Shown: positions 25,900-39,526, counted from the whole stretch's first letter. The stretch: 63,809 nucleotides of DNA, filler included, from Octopus bimaculoides (GCF_001194135.2; 6 parts of 5 records of this genome joined end to end with filler, not necessarily neighbours in it), one strand, 5' to 3'. Numbers and translations: made by a program. Notes: generated by a model not told the origin, from the sequence alone.

Positions 25900-26050
25900 T
25901 ATTTATATGTGTTTTTGTATTTACTCTCACTGTGAGGGCATCCAGCCTTAGAAACCATGTCAAGGCAGAAAATGGAGCAGGATGCAGTTGAGCCCATTAG
26001 ATCCTGTCAAACCTTCCAGCCCATGTCAACAGGCAATGTGGAGGTTAAAT
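25900..26050 (+). mobile_element. Family C repeat fragment
   Basis: gggcatccagccttagaaacc...gatcctgtcaaaccttccagcccatg...ggaggttaaatgat. Confidence 0.6.
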
Positions 26051-26646
26051 GATCACACATGCACGCACACACACACACAAACACACACACACACACACAC
26101 ACATGAACATACACATATGCACACATATGAAAGATAAATCTATACGAAAGATAAATCCACAAAAGATAAATCCATGAAAGATAAATCTATTGATTAGCAA
26201 ATTTTTATACATATTACTACTAAGAGACATGCAAATGTCAAGGATTCTTTGTGATGATAAAACTGGCTGCCAGCTATTAATTAGTCTCTCTCAAGGACTT
26301 TTCCTATTTGTTCTATTGTTTATAGCTTCTTATAAAATGAACTTAATCCTCTAATGAGCTGAGTTGTGTTGTCAGTGTTTCAATTGATTTTTATTCTAAA
26401 CCTCATAGCAGTCAAGTCAATCTCAAAGAGATGTCTGCAATGACCTTCTTTGCTGGATGCGTGGAAGTACATATTTGTGCATATATGTACATGTGTGTCT
26501 GTGTGTATGTATATGTATGTATGTATATATATATATATATATATATNNNNNNNNNNNNNNNNNNNNNNNNNNNNNNNNNNNNNNNNNNNNTTAATTAATT
26601 AANNNNNNNNNNNNNNNNNNNNNNNNNNNNNNNNNNNNNNNNNNNN

Positions 26647-26677
<31 letters not shown>

Positions 26678-26799
26678 TAATTTGTAAAATAACAATGAAT
26701 GAACGAATAAAAAATTACGATCGATGAATGCAATTAATAATTATAATTATAAATATCTAATCGTGTATCGGAAAAGGGGAATTCATTTGGAGAAATAAC

Positions 26800-26939
26800 A
26801 ACAACAACAACAACAGCAACGGTGACGGCGATAAAGATGGCGGCGATGGTGGTGACGACGGCGATGGGGATGACGCCAGTGACAACTGTGATGACGTTGG
26901 TGACAAATAACAGGAGATGCCCGTCGCCATCGCCGCCAT

Positions 26940-26976
<37 letters not shown>

Positions 26977-27235
26977 GGTATTCACATTATCATAATCATC
27001 ACCTTCATCATCATCATCAGTCGTATTATTATCATCACCACTACCACCATCATCACCATCATCAACCGCACCATCATCATCATCATCATCGCCGTCGTAG
27101 TCTTCATCGTCATCCTTATCATCACCATCATCATCAATATCGTGATAGTCATCATCTTCATAACCACCATCATCATCATCATCATCATCCCCATCATCAT
27201 CATCATCATCGTCAGCATCCCGACAACCAAAACCG
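26800..27235. repeat. Compound trinucleotide tract (CAA, GAC/GAT, CAG, CAT/ATC)
   Basis: Directly visible; it produces the poly-D, poly-I and poly-M ORFs in several frames. Confidence 0.85.
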
Positions 27236-27693
27236 TCTCTATCTGAAATGACCTGATAATTTCTAACTAACATTCATTGTGTTTTAATTATAATTTGCAT
27301 AATATCGCATGGCAATGATATTCAGTTATTTTGTAATCTATAATTAACTCCGTATGTATTAATTGCTATGTCGACGACGCAGTTAGCACCTCTCGCTTGC
27401 CAAATTTTCATCTTCTCCGGCATTAAGATTTGAAAACAAATATGAAAGCTCACCCATGACGAAACAAAATGGAAGCCAACCGAAATTGAACAATTGCAGT
27501 TGACAGTAATACAATTAGTGGCTGTTTGATGAAACGAGTTTGTATTACAGCGACATGATACCGGCTGATAGTGACTTCGAAGTCGTGACGGGGTGCGTTT
27601 TAGGTTATGGGTCGTCAGCTCTAGTTTTGCCCGGGCCACTTCTCTGATGCAGGGTCGGTGAGATTTGGTAGATGAATGTGAAATGTATACGTA

Positions 27694-28084
27694 GGCGCAG
27701 GAATGGTTGTGTGGTAAAAAGTTTGCTTGTCAAATACATGGATCCAGGTTCAGTCCCTCTGCGCGGCACATTAAGTAAGTGTCTCCTGCTATGGTTTCCG
27801 GGTCGACCAAGTCCTTGTGAGTGCATCTGCTAGACGGAAACTGAAAGAAGACCGGCATGAGTGTGTGTGTGTGTGTGTGTGAAACTGTTTGCCCCACCAC
27901 CACCGATTGACAACCGGTGCTGGTGTGGTTGCGTCATCGTAACTTAGCGGTTCGGCAAAAGTCACCGATAGTATAAGTACCATGCTTAAAAATAAAACAA
28001 AAGTACTAGAGTCGATTCATTCGACTAAATTCATATAGGCCGTGCCCCAGCATGGCCGCAGTTTGATGGCTGAAACAAGTAAAA
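27694..28084 (+). mobile_element. SINE family A, full bipartite copy (diverged)
   Basis: Head ggcgcaggaatggttgtgtggt..., B box ggttcagtccc, (GT)n spacer, 3' module to gctgaaacaagtaaaa. Confidence 0.85.
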
Positions 28085-28085
28085 C

Positions 28086-29460
<1,375 letters not shown>

Positions 29461-29749
29461 TTTGTCTTCTTTTTCTTCATTGACTGAAATAAATTTTTCT
29501 AATATAGACAAGCGATAATAATATGGTAAAATAAAATGGCTGCTGCTAATGAAACTGGTGTAATTCGGTGGCCTGTGTAATATTTGTCTTAATTTCGTGT
29601 TAACGAGTATTGTCAATTTGTACAGAACTACCACAGAACTAATGCTATAGGCTTGCGAAATTACCTAAATTAATATGCATACGTGTATATGTATCTATAT
29701 TTGCGCGTATTATATAAAAAATACTATTATTAATGGGGTCGATAAAATT

Positions 29750-32490
29750 ATAACTTCTCACATGAACATTCAGAACAAATGTTATCACACAACAGGTTCC
29801 ATGTTTTAAGTGAAGATTTCGAGTAAAGCCCAAAAAGTAGTCGGGAATCTAATGAGAGTAAGACTCTGAAAACCATTTGCCCTAGGAAAACCATCACACT
29901 AGAGAATAAGTCGGTCAGAAATTTATCTAAACTAAAACTTTCGCCCGACGATGTCTTAGTCTTGGAGCTTGGACTGAGTTTTTGCCCAAGCACTAAGAAT
30001 TTCGACAAGAATAAACTAGTTCAAAGGCTATTTCAGCTTGTCCGCCGTCACAAGCTGAAAGAATATTTCTTTGAAAAAAACTGGTAACGAGGAGTCAGGA
30101 AACCCTATGTTTACTAAAAATAAAAATGATGATGATTGAATCAGGCATAATTGGATTGAAAAGAATCCCAATTAGAATCCAGATAAAGTTCGGGATGGAC
30201 GTTCACAAGCACTACTGGAATTTCTTGAATCTTGTCAGGCAGGCATTAGAGAAAGCCTTAAAACAAGTGGAAAGAAATCCTGGAATAACCTCACAAATTC
30301 CCAACGTCACGCACTCCGACGTCTAGCTAATAACGATTCTATTGTTATTAAGATGGCGGATAAGGGAGGCGCTATCGTAATTATGGACAAAAGTGAGTAT
30401 ATTTCGGCTTGTGAAGAAATTTTAAATAACAAAACTTCATATGAAGAATTACCTGTCGATCCAAACCCCAATTACAGAGAGGAACTTGACAAAATAACTC
30501 TGGAAATGGAGGAAAACAATTTCGTTAATAAGACTGAAGCTNNNNNNNNNNNNNNNNNNNNNNNNNNNNNNNNNNNNNNNNNNNNNNNNNNNNNNNNNNN
30601 NNNNNNNNNNNNNNNNNNNNNNNNNNNNNNNNNNNNNNNNNNNNNNNNNNNNNNNNNNNNNNNNNNNNNNNNNNNNNNNNNNNNNNNNNNNNNNNNNNNN
30701 NNNNNNNNNNNNNNNNNNNNNNNNNNNNNNNNNNNNNNNNNNNNNNNNNNNNNNNNNNNNNNNNNNNNNNNNNNNNNNNNNNNNNNCCTGTCGCAAAAAG
30801 ATTGAGTTCCTATATTCGGAATACTTTTGATTTTGTGCATAAATTCAACAACTCTTTTAGGTGCTGAGGCCGTGTCGAGAACTGGTTTTTTTTTGTTTTT
30901 TTTTTGTAACCATGGATGTTTCTTCGAAAAGCGGTCAAACAACAGTATTCCATCAAATTATTGAGGTTTGTGTTACAAAATAACACAATGAAGTTTGGAT
31001 AAAAATTTTACCACAAGTTGGGGGGGGGGCTGCGCCATGGCAATTAATTTCGCTAATGTCTTCAAGGCAAAATTCGAGACACGGTTACTGAAGACATTCA
31101 AATCCCTTCATGGTCATGAACCAATACTCTGGTTACAGTTCATTGACGACGTCTTTTTTTGTCTGGGAAGGAACACAAGATAGTCTAATGGACTTCTTGC
31201 ATTTCTGTGACTGTTATGCTAGAAACTATGGTTTTAAGTCCAACATAAAATTTACGTTTAGTTTTTCAAAACCTAGTGTTGAATTTTTGGACACAAAAGT
31301 TAAGTTTTCTGGAAGCAGAATAGTGCCAGAGTTATTTTGCAAGCCAACCTCGTCCCACATTTATCTCCACCGCCGCTCCGATCATGCATATCATAATTCT
31401 GTCAAATCCGAAATGCCAATGTTTGAGGATAAAACGGATTTGTACTGACATAGGGGATTACTGGAAACATGCAAATGCTTTTGTACATCATTATGTCAAA
31501 TGTGGTTACAGTGAATCGCGATTAAAGGAAATTGCAAATGACATAGCTAAGATTAGCAAAGATAGCCAAACCTTCACGCATAATCTTCGCAAACAATGTG
31601 ACAGATTTTCCTTTGGTGATTAACTGGCACCGGAATTTCGCTGACATTTCAAAAGTGTTGCATGAAAGTTACCAGCATGTGGCGAAAAAATATCCTCGTT
31701 TCAAACAGATATTTCCTCAGCCGCCCATTGTAGCCTTTAGACAGAATAAGAATGTAAGAGAATTATTGACCTCTATTTCTGACTCCAAGAAAACGAACAA
31801 TGGAGTATCTGCACGCTGTACCTTAAAGAACAGCCGCAAGAGAGGTAAGCCCTGTTCAATGTGCAACAACATGAGTGAAGTGAATTCCATCAGAAGTCAT
31901 GACAGAAATGTTATGATTTATACAGACGGTGGAACATGTAGAGATTCCCATTTAGTGTACGCTGCAGAATGCACGAAACACAACTTGATTTATGCTGGTT
32001 GTACTACAGAACAATTAAACAAAAGGTTTAATGGGTACAGATTCGACGTCAGGCACAAGAACAGTAGTTCAACAGAACTTGCTGAACATTTCGTTTCAAG
32101 CGGCTGCAATTTTGAAGAAGACTTGAAAGTGCATATTCTCAGAAAGTATTCTGAATCTGCTTCACTTTCACTTCTCAAAATGCAAGAGAAATATATTTTC
32201 GGGTTATTAGCATCACGCCCTTGAGGAATGCATAAAATGACAAGAGAATATTGTCAAATTCATAAAAACTATTTGATTAGATATTCTTTTTTCTTTTTTC
32301 TGTTTTTTTTTTTTCTTTTCGCCTGTTATAAAATTGAAACTGAAAGACTGATGATGTCATTCCATCAACGTATGGCCGCTGGTTACTCTCGTTCATTCTT
32401 TAAATTTAAATTTCTATAAATTTGAATTTTTATCACTTCTTATTTTGAACTCAACAAGGGCAGGCTTACTGTCGAAATATCGTTCAACCA
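29750..32490 (+). mobile_element. Penelope-like element, Neptune type, near-full-length, decayed
   Basis: VLELGLSFCP, ADKGGAIVIMDK, AINFANVF, WLQFIDDVF, VEFLDTKV, KPT...YLH..SDH, PPIVAFR; Cys linker CTLK...PCSMC; GIY-YIG TCRDSHLVYAAEC...YAGCT..LNKRFN and LAEHF; 245-bp gap inside the RT. Confidence 0.92.
32445..32487 (+). ncRNA. Decayed minimal hammerhead in the Neptune 3' region
   Basis: Stem I TTGAAC/GTTCAA, stem II GGCAG-gctta-CTGTC, GAAA, palindromic ATAT, C17; the 5' core reads TCAACAA instead of CTGANGA(A). Confidence 0.55.
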
Positions 32491-32612
32491 ATAAAATATC
32501 TATTGCAATCGCATCGCGTCCATCATCATCATTATTATTATTATTATTATCATTATTATTATTATTATTATCAATAACAGTGACGATGATGATGATGATG
32601 ACGACGATGACG

Positions 32613-32665
<53 letters not shown>

Positions 32666-32721
32666 CAGAGCTTATTGATCCGTCAAATGTAAACAGTGTA
32701 AATAATGTAAATAATTTTCGT

Positions 32722-32772
32722 AAATTTCTTATCGATTCGAGAATTTCTCAGCCTCATCATCAGAATGAAATT
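32722..32772 (-). ncRNA. Candidate minimal hammerhead, core variant
   Basis: Minus strand aatttcatt CTGATGA T GAGG ctgagaaat TCTC GAA TCGA T aagaaatt: 8-bp stem I with one bulge, 4-bp stem II, palindromic TCGA. Confidence 0.55.
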
Positions 32773-32806
32773 ATGTTCACAATCTAATTTCGTTAATGCG
32801 CTTTAC

Positions 32807-32861
32807 ATTATACTGCAAAGGCTCATAGGAATATTGTCGTATTTGATAAAATTATCAACGC
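32807..32861 (-). CDS. Candidate exon 4 (GVDNFIKYDNIPMSLCSI)
   Basis: Acceptor tttaatttttatatcag, donor AT|GTAAAG; only one frame open; phase 1 to 2. Confidence 0.55.
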
Positions 32862-33093
32862 CTGATATAAAAATTAAACAACAGTTAAATCCAGGTATGC
32901 TTTATGTTTTATGGTAGACGTGCCGTGCCTGTTGGTTCTTGGTTTGAAATTTACTGTTAGTAAAAATTTCTATAATATTCTGGTGCTTCTTTCTAGAATT
33001 CAATGTACAGCGCTAATGATATCAACTATTGTTCTTCTACCTAATTTTATTTCTATCACCGTACAGAAAGATTTGCGACTGCTCCATATTATA

Positions 33094-33257
33094 GGTGCAG
33101 TAGTGGCTATGTGGTGGGAAGTTTCTGCCCAACCACAGGGTTCCATGTTCGGTTCCACTGCATGGCACCTCAGGGAGATGTTTCCTATTTTAGCCTCGGG
33201 CCGATCAAGGTCATGTGAGTGGATTTGGCAGACGGAGCCTGAAAGAACACTGTCGTA
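33094..33257 (+). mobile_element. SINE family A, head module only
   Basis: ggtgcagtagtggctatgtggt...gcctcgggccgatcaagg...gacggagcctgaaagaac then (TA)/(TG)n. Confidence 0.8.
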
Positions 33258-33373
33258 TATATATATATATATGTATTTGTATGTGTGTGTGTGTTTGTAT
33301 GAGTGTGTGTGTACGCTTGCGCGTATGTGTATACGCATACATATATACATATATATGTATATACTTAATTTAC

Positions 33374-33409
<36 letters not shown>

Positions 33410-33456
33410 TGATAGATAGATAGATGAAAATGTACATAGATAGATGTATGAAAATG

Positions 33457-33496
<40 letters not shown>

Positions 33497-34740
33497 AACA
33501 AACACATGCGTATTTTAGATAAACATTGGGAATGCATCCATGTACATACATACATACATATAGATGTGTGTATACACATATACATACACACTCTCACACA
33601 CATGCATATATACATATTCAAAGGTTTAGTAAAGAAACCACAGTCGGTAATATCAACACAGTTCAAATGGACCCCTGTTTGTATAAAGACATAGCAACAC
33701 ACGCAAACATCACCTCATTATGAAGATGAGACTACGAACCAATATAAAACACCACAATACTAACTTTAACATTTTATTTCAACAATGAGGACTGAACTAA
33801 ATCGTTGCTGCAGTCCTCACGTCTGACCCGAAGCTGAACAACAAAAGCATCTCGACAGATATCTTACCGAAATTCTGTTGTTTGGAATCAGCTTATTTGG
33901 TGTATGTATTGTTTCGTTTTTCGTTTTCCCGTATGATTCCTTTTGCTTTTTTGTACGAACCGAAAGTCTTTCAGACTATTACATATTGAATCAATCTCGA
34001 CAGAACGTAATTAATATCTTAATAAAATATAATAAAAAATAAAAGACAAGAAATACTTTGTTAAAAACAGAAACGAAATTTCGTAAAACAAAAATACAAA
34101 GAAAATCTTATTCATCTATTTTGCTTCATTTTTGTTTTTGTTTTTTGTTTTGTTTTGTTTTTTTGTTTTTTTTTTTGTTTTTGTTTTTTTTTTTGCTATC
34201 ATTATTTATTCATGTATGATTGTTAATCATCAATAAGGAAAAAAAATCGCTGTAGACATTTCGTATCTGAAGTAATTTCTCAGAAACCAGCTAAAATAGT
34301 CAAATACTCAATCATAAAAGACAGAGGCACATCACAGACACACACACACACACATAGAAACACATACATGTGTATGTGTGTGTGTATATANNNNNNNNNN
34401 NNNNNNNNNNNNNNNNNNNNNNNNNNNNNNNNNNNNNNNNNNNNNNNNNNNNNNNNNNNNNNNNNNNNNNNNNNNNNNNNNNNNNNNNNNNNNNNNNNNN
34501 NNNNNNNNNNNNNNNNNNNNNNNNNNNNNNNNNNNNNNNNNNNNNNNNNNNNNNNNNNNNNNNNNNNNNNNNNNNNNNNNNNNNNNNNNNNNNNGGTTAA
34601 ACTGTTCGCCGGAAAAATCGTGTGCGGCGATATTTTCCGTAAAAGACAATTCACCTAATGACTTTAGTGTGGAATTTTACAGTCAGGAGCTACATGTAGA
34701 ATGTCAATCGATTATGCTTCTCTGTATAAATAGATTTATC

Positions 34741-34801
<61 letters not shown>

Positions 34802-34847
34802 GTAGACAGACAAACAGACAGACAGATAGAGAGATACACATACACAC

Positions 34848-34975
34848 GAAGGATTTCCTTCAGTTTCCGTCTCCCAAGGCGTTATTCGGCCATGGACTTT
34901 AGTAGACGGCACTTGCCCGAGGCGCCGCGCAGTGGAATTGAACCTGGAACTACATGGTTGCATAGTTGCACCTAT
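34848..34975 (-). mobile_element. SINE family A head fragment
   Basis: ttcagtttccgtct...cacttgcccgaggcgccgcgcagtggaattgaacctggaac. Confidence 0.7.
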
Positions 34976-35240
34976 GATTCCATGGCTGCACCTATAATAG
35001 GTATTAGCTGTTCAAATGAATTGATTTAAACAGCAACTCATCCGAAAACTTGGTCGTTGAATCGATTATTTTTTCCCCTCCTTTTTCGGTACTTGAAGCA
35101 CTTTCCAGACACCTTGTCCATTATTGCATCACAAATTCAACAGAATACCAAATTTCACATTCTATCTTTGCCGATTAATTCTATAGAACTTATACATACT
35201 ACATACATTGTTCCTTCAGTGTATGTGAGTGTATATATAA

Positions 35241-35271
<31 letters not shown>

Positions 35272-36173
35272 CACATATATATGTATGTATATATATATAT
35301 ATGTATATATATACACATATATATGTATGTATATATATATATATGTATATATATACACATATATATGTATGTATATATATATGTATATATATATACACAT
35401 ATATATGTATGTATANNNNNNNNNNNNNNNNNNNNNNNNNNNNNNNNNNNNNNNNNNNNTTAATTAATTAANNNNNNNNNNNNNNNNNNNNNNNNNNNNN
35501 NNNNNNNNNNNNNNNCATATATTCACAAGCATAAACAGGCATGAACAACGTGTGTATATGTATGTGTGCGTATAGCTGTTTGCAGGATTACATACATGCA
35601 CACATGCAAATATATATATATATATATATATATAACTTCATACACATACTATCATTTATGTGTCCTTAAAATTCCTTTCCAAAAATAATAAATTCAATGT
35701 CTATATTATTCTATATGCACATGAAAGTTCTTGCATGCACACGCACAGACCCACAATTACAATACATACACATGCATACATATATAAATATGCGTGTGTG
35801 TATACTTATAAATATATATATAAGTGCGTGTGTCCGTGTCCGTGTGTGTGTATACACATATATATATACACATATATATACATATACCTGTATATTTTTA
35901 TATGTGTGTATGTGTATACATATAGAGATATATTTAGTTAAGCATATCTCAATGTCTATCACGTGCATACACTCAGAGGCACACTCACGCGTTCGCACGC
36001 ACACACATACGCACACAAACAAATATATGTACGTATCGATATTTATTTCTATATATATTTATATATAAGTATTAATACACACGTATATATATACTATTAT
36101 ATAGACATGCATACACCCATACGTACATGCACTCAAATATAGACACACACACAAACGCACACACACACATATA

Positions 36174-36248
<75 letters not shown>

Positions 36249-36787
36249 GGAGTAAGCACATGAAATGTGTAACAAGGTGGAACAAAACTCTCCGATGAAC
36301 GGGAACGTGAAACTCAGAGTAACGGTTTTTTTGTTATATTTCTGCTGCTTTTAAATAAAGTATATATATATATATATATACGCCTACTCATCTATGCCTC
36401 AGGTATTAGTGTGAGTTATGCATGTATGAATATAATAAATATAGGAAACGGTAATACAGAAGAGAACTGTGCTCGCCTTTAGACAAATATCCAGAGTGGA
36501 GACAAATATCCATTAAGAAGGTCGACCCTCTAATTGTTCATATAAATAAATGCCATGCTCTTGTTTACACCTCAGATATTTCCAATTCCTCCTGGATATT
36601 TTCATATTCATTAACCTCAGTCAATAGCATGCTTTTACCTCTTTCTGCTAATCTTCAATGAGTGGCTATTATTTCGAACATTTTTTACCTTGATGTCCAC
36701 TAATATATTGGTATACTACAGGGAATGTCTCAATTTCCCGGTATTGTTGCAGCAGAAATGTGGGAAAATTCCTCTCCCTGCTTTTCT

Positions 36788-37270
36788 CTGATATACCCTC
36801 CAGTCTTCTTGGGGAAATGTTGAACCTGGGTTCTCATTCCTAATTATTATTATTGCACTTATTATTATTATTATTATTCAGGTAACTACCTGGAATCGAC
36901 CTCGGAATCTTGGGTTTAGAAGCCCGCGCTCTTAACCACTACGCCATAGGTCCGTGGGCAATTATAGAGTGAATTTTAGGGCTTATTAATCTAATACTTT
37001 TCTATCCTTCCTTAATACCAGTTCCCATATGCTTATTTTAGTTTTCGTATTTTCCAGTGGTGTTCTCTCTCTATTATTTTGACTTCATCTCACAGGGGAA
37101 AGTGGTCTCCGTGTTTCCATGCATGATCAGCTATACCCGATTTATCAATATCTCCTCGTGTCACAGCTTTGCGGTGTTCGAATACCCTTATTTAGAGAGG
37201 GCGGCATTTTCCCCTTTGTATAACCTACCACAGCTGCATAGGATGGAGTACACGCAGTTTTTCTTTTACC
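36788..37270 (-). mobile_element. Penelope-like (Poseidon/Penelope-type) 3' fragment with tRNA-(AAT)n-hammerhead remnant
   Basis: CVYSILCSCGRLYKGE, then after a frameshift VFEHRKAVTRGDIDKSGIADHAWKHGDH..*DEVKIIEREHHWK; same downstream order as 46321-46830. Confidence 0.85.
36881..36952 (-). promoter_or_regulatory. tRNA-like Pol III internal promoter within the PLE terminal region
   Basis: A box TGGCGTAGTGG (36946-36936), B-box-like GGTCGATTCC (36901-36892), tRNA-like spacing. Confidence 0.7.
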
Positions 37271-37277
37271 TAAAGAC

Positions 37278-37400
37278 TTAGAACCCAGGTTCGAAATTTC
37301 CCTAAGACACCTGATGAAGGCTGGAGGGTATATCAGCGGAAACGTTGTGTGAACAAACCAGATGAGGACAAATATCCGGCAAATTTATATAATGTAATCA
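37278..37400 (+). mobile_element. Inverted PLE terminal repeat abutting the truncated 5' end
   Basis: gaacccaggttcgaaatttccc..gacacctgatgaaggctggagggtatatcagc is the inverse of 36788-36835 and closely matches 46688-46790. Confidence 0.8.
37306..37351 (+). ncRNA. Minimal type I hammerhead (one stem II mismatch)
   Basis: GACAC CTGATGA A GGCTG gagggtatat CAGCG GAAAC GTT GTGTG; intact core, palindromic ACGT stem III; C11.1 changed to G. Confidence 0.7.
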
Positions 37401-37959
37401 ATGTTAAACGATATTGTTTGCATATATTTTGCACTGCCCTAGTATTGTAAAGCTGGCTGCGACGTACAAACTCATTCACGAAGACATCTGTCACCCTAAA
37501 CTATATTAACAGCTATCAACATTGTCCTAATGTACATCTTGTGATATTCAAGAAGTATTAGAACAGAGACGAGTAAGTATAAGGTACGAGCATATGTTGT
37601 TGGAGACAAACCTTAGCCAGACCACTGACAGGTGACATTTAGAGAAATAATACGAAAACAACGGTTGAAGACGAACAGCAACCCGACTAGACAAGGTCAA
37701 CGCAGATAAAAATGATAGGCAAAATGATGGTTTATCTGTGGATATCTTGTTTGTGAAATGATAATGTATTCAAAGAAAGCATAATGTATAGTAAAATATT
37801 TTAGATTAGATAGCTTGGAAGCAAAGCGATTCTAATATTAGTTTTCGCATCTCAATAAAGACTGAGAACTACAAGATTATCTTAAGTGGTGAGTTCAGTG
37901 GTTGAAGCAGTCAGACTTTGTTGTCTATGTGTGACAATATTGCGGTTACATATATTCAT

Positions 37960-38075
37960 TACAACATTTGATACACGGTCAGCAATTTCGGGAGTGGGAA
38001 ATCCCAATATGGAACTAGTACTTAATTTATCGCCCCTACCTTCCAAAAGGATGAAGGTAAAGTCGACATCAACAA
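37960..38075 (-). mobile_element. SINE family B fragment
   Basis: gaactagtacttaatttatcgccc...aaaaggatgaaggtaaagtcgac. Confidence 0.55.
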
Positions 38076-38589
38076 AGAATCTGAAACACCCTTATTAGAA
38101 AGTTTTCAGAAACATTTTAGGCCACACGGATAACAAAAAACATTAAAGAATCCCCCCCAACACCATCACTACCACCGATACTCTATCACTATCACACATA
38201 CTCTTATATACATACATGCATGCATACACACACAGATACATACACACATACACCCCCACACACATACACCCACACAGACATATGTATATACTTTCAGACT
38301 TCATGCTAATGTCGACATATATCTAATGTTCTGGCCAGTTTATGTTATTGCTGTTATATATTACATGATCTAAAGGAAGTTATTATACAAGTCTGATACC
38401 CATAAGTAATTATTTTCGTTTGATATCTGTAGCCAAGGGTTGTCTGATTCGTTGTAATAGTTTAAGACAGCTAAGTAGAAAATTAAAAGTGAAATAAGTA
38501 CATTCCGTAGACGTAACCCTTATTTGTTCTTCCGTGTCTTTGTAATGCAATTTTAAAACTTCTTTAGATTCATTAGTTTATAAAATGAT

Positions 38590-39010
38590 TTTTATATAGA
38601 AACGTCTTCGTATCCAGGGTGTCATATTCCCGTAAGTCTTTCGGCAATCAATCCATATTCAATTTATATATTCGGTTTTCAATAATTTGCTTCTTTTGCA
38701 ATAACTGTTCTTACATCCTTAAATGTCCTTCAGGCAAACTTCATTGCTGTCTGGTTAAATATTATTTAATGATAGTATCTTACAGATGAGAAATCAGTCC
38801 TTTGAAAATAATAGATATCAGAGGTACTTATGTGAAGCACTTATTGCAAGTAATGCTTTGTGTCCCGGTTATCTTATTATATATTTTGCCTTGCCTTAGG
38901 TTAAGTGCAGGCATCTTTTCCAGGTAGATTTCTTCATAACATGATTTAATAATGCTGCTCCGGTTTTGTATTGACCGTAATCGTAGTTTAACCAACTATA
39001 TTATCGATTA
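38590..39010 (-). mobile_element. Very decayed R4/Dong-type RT fragment
   Basis: In order SITCNK (PITC), GC-K-EQLL across a frameshift, and WIDCRKTYGN..PWI (WIDY.KAYD..PH.WI). Confidence 0.45.
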
Positions 39011-39313
39011 ATAGGTCTTTGTTTTCTCTGAAATAGATACATTTCAAAAGGTTGGTCTAAAGAGATCAAATTTCGAAAATGATACAGACCGTTCTGATGT
39101 CTGATACATGGAATTACTGCATTGTATGAGCGATTTGAATGTTGCTTTAACAGGGGATCACGAGCATTCTTCAGCTCTAAACAAGGATCTTCATATAACA
39201 GCGTGAGATAAAAGATCGCTTTGTATTCAATAACTCGCAGTTATTTGGTTAGGTTGTGAGCGACATTTAACCTAGATACAATTTTGTTATTACTTTTCGA
39301 TAATGCGATTTAC

Positions 39314-39383
39314 CTCCTCGCATAATGTCGATTTTCAATGATTTTCTGGTTTCAGTAGAATAGCGTACGGAATAGAAAGGAAT
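39314..39383 (-). CDS. Candidate exon 3 (IPFYSVRYSTETRKSLKIDIMRG)
   Basis: Acceptor ccattttttcag, donor GAG|GTAAAT; only one frame open; phase 0 to 1. Confidence 0.6.
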
Positions 39384-39455
39384 CTGAAAAAATGGAACTT
39401 GATAATTCTGATCAGTCATTGATTTTCAAAATCTGGAGATTTTTCTTACATAGCA

Positions 39456-39526
<71 letters not shown>

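Noticed and set aside
26734-27273. 179-aa poly-Asp ORF as an acidic protein
   Set aside because: Trinucleotide repeats keep several frames on both strands open; no splice or domain support.
32348-32372. Intact hammerhead at CTGATGA 32348
   Set aside because: No GAAA and no stem I; kept only as a possible relic.
36881-36952. Functional tRNA genes (also 46543, 39959 and the SINE heads)
   Set aside because: Acceptor and anticodon stems are poor and all are embedded in repeats; treated as tRNA-derived.
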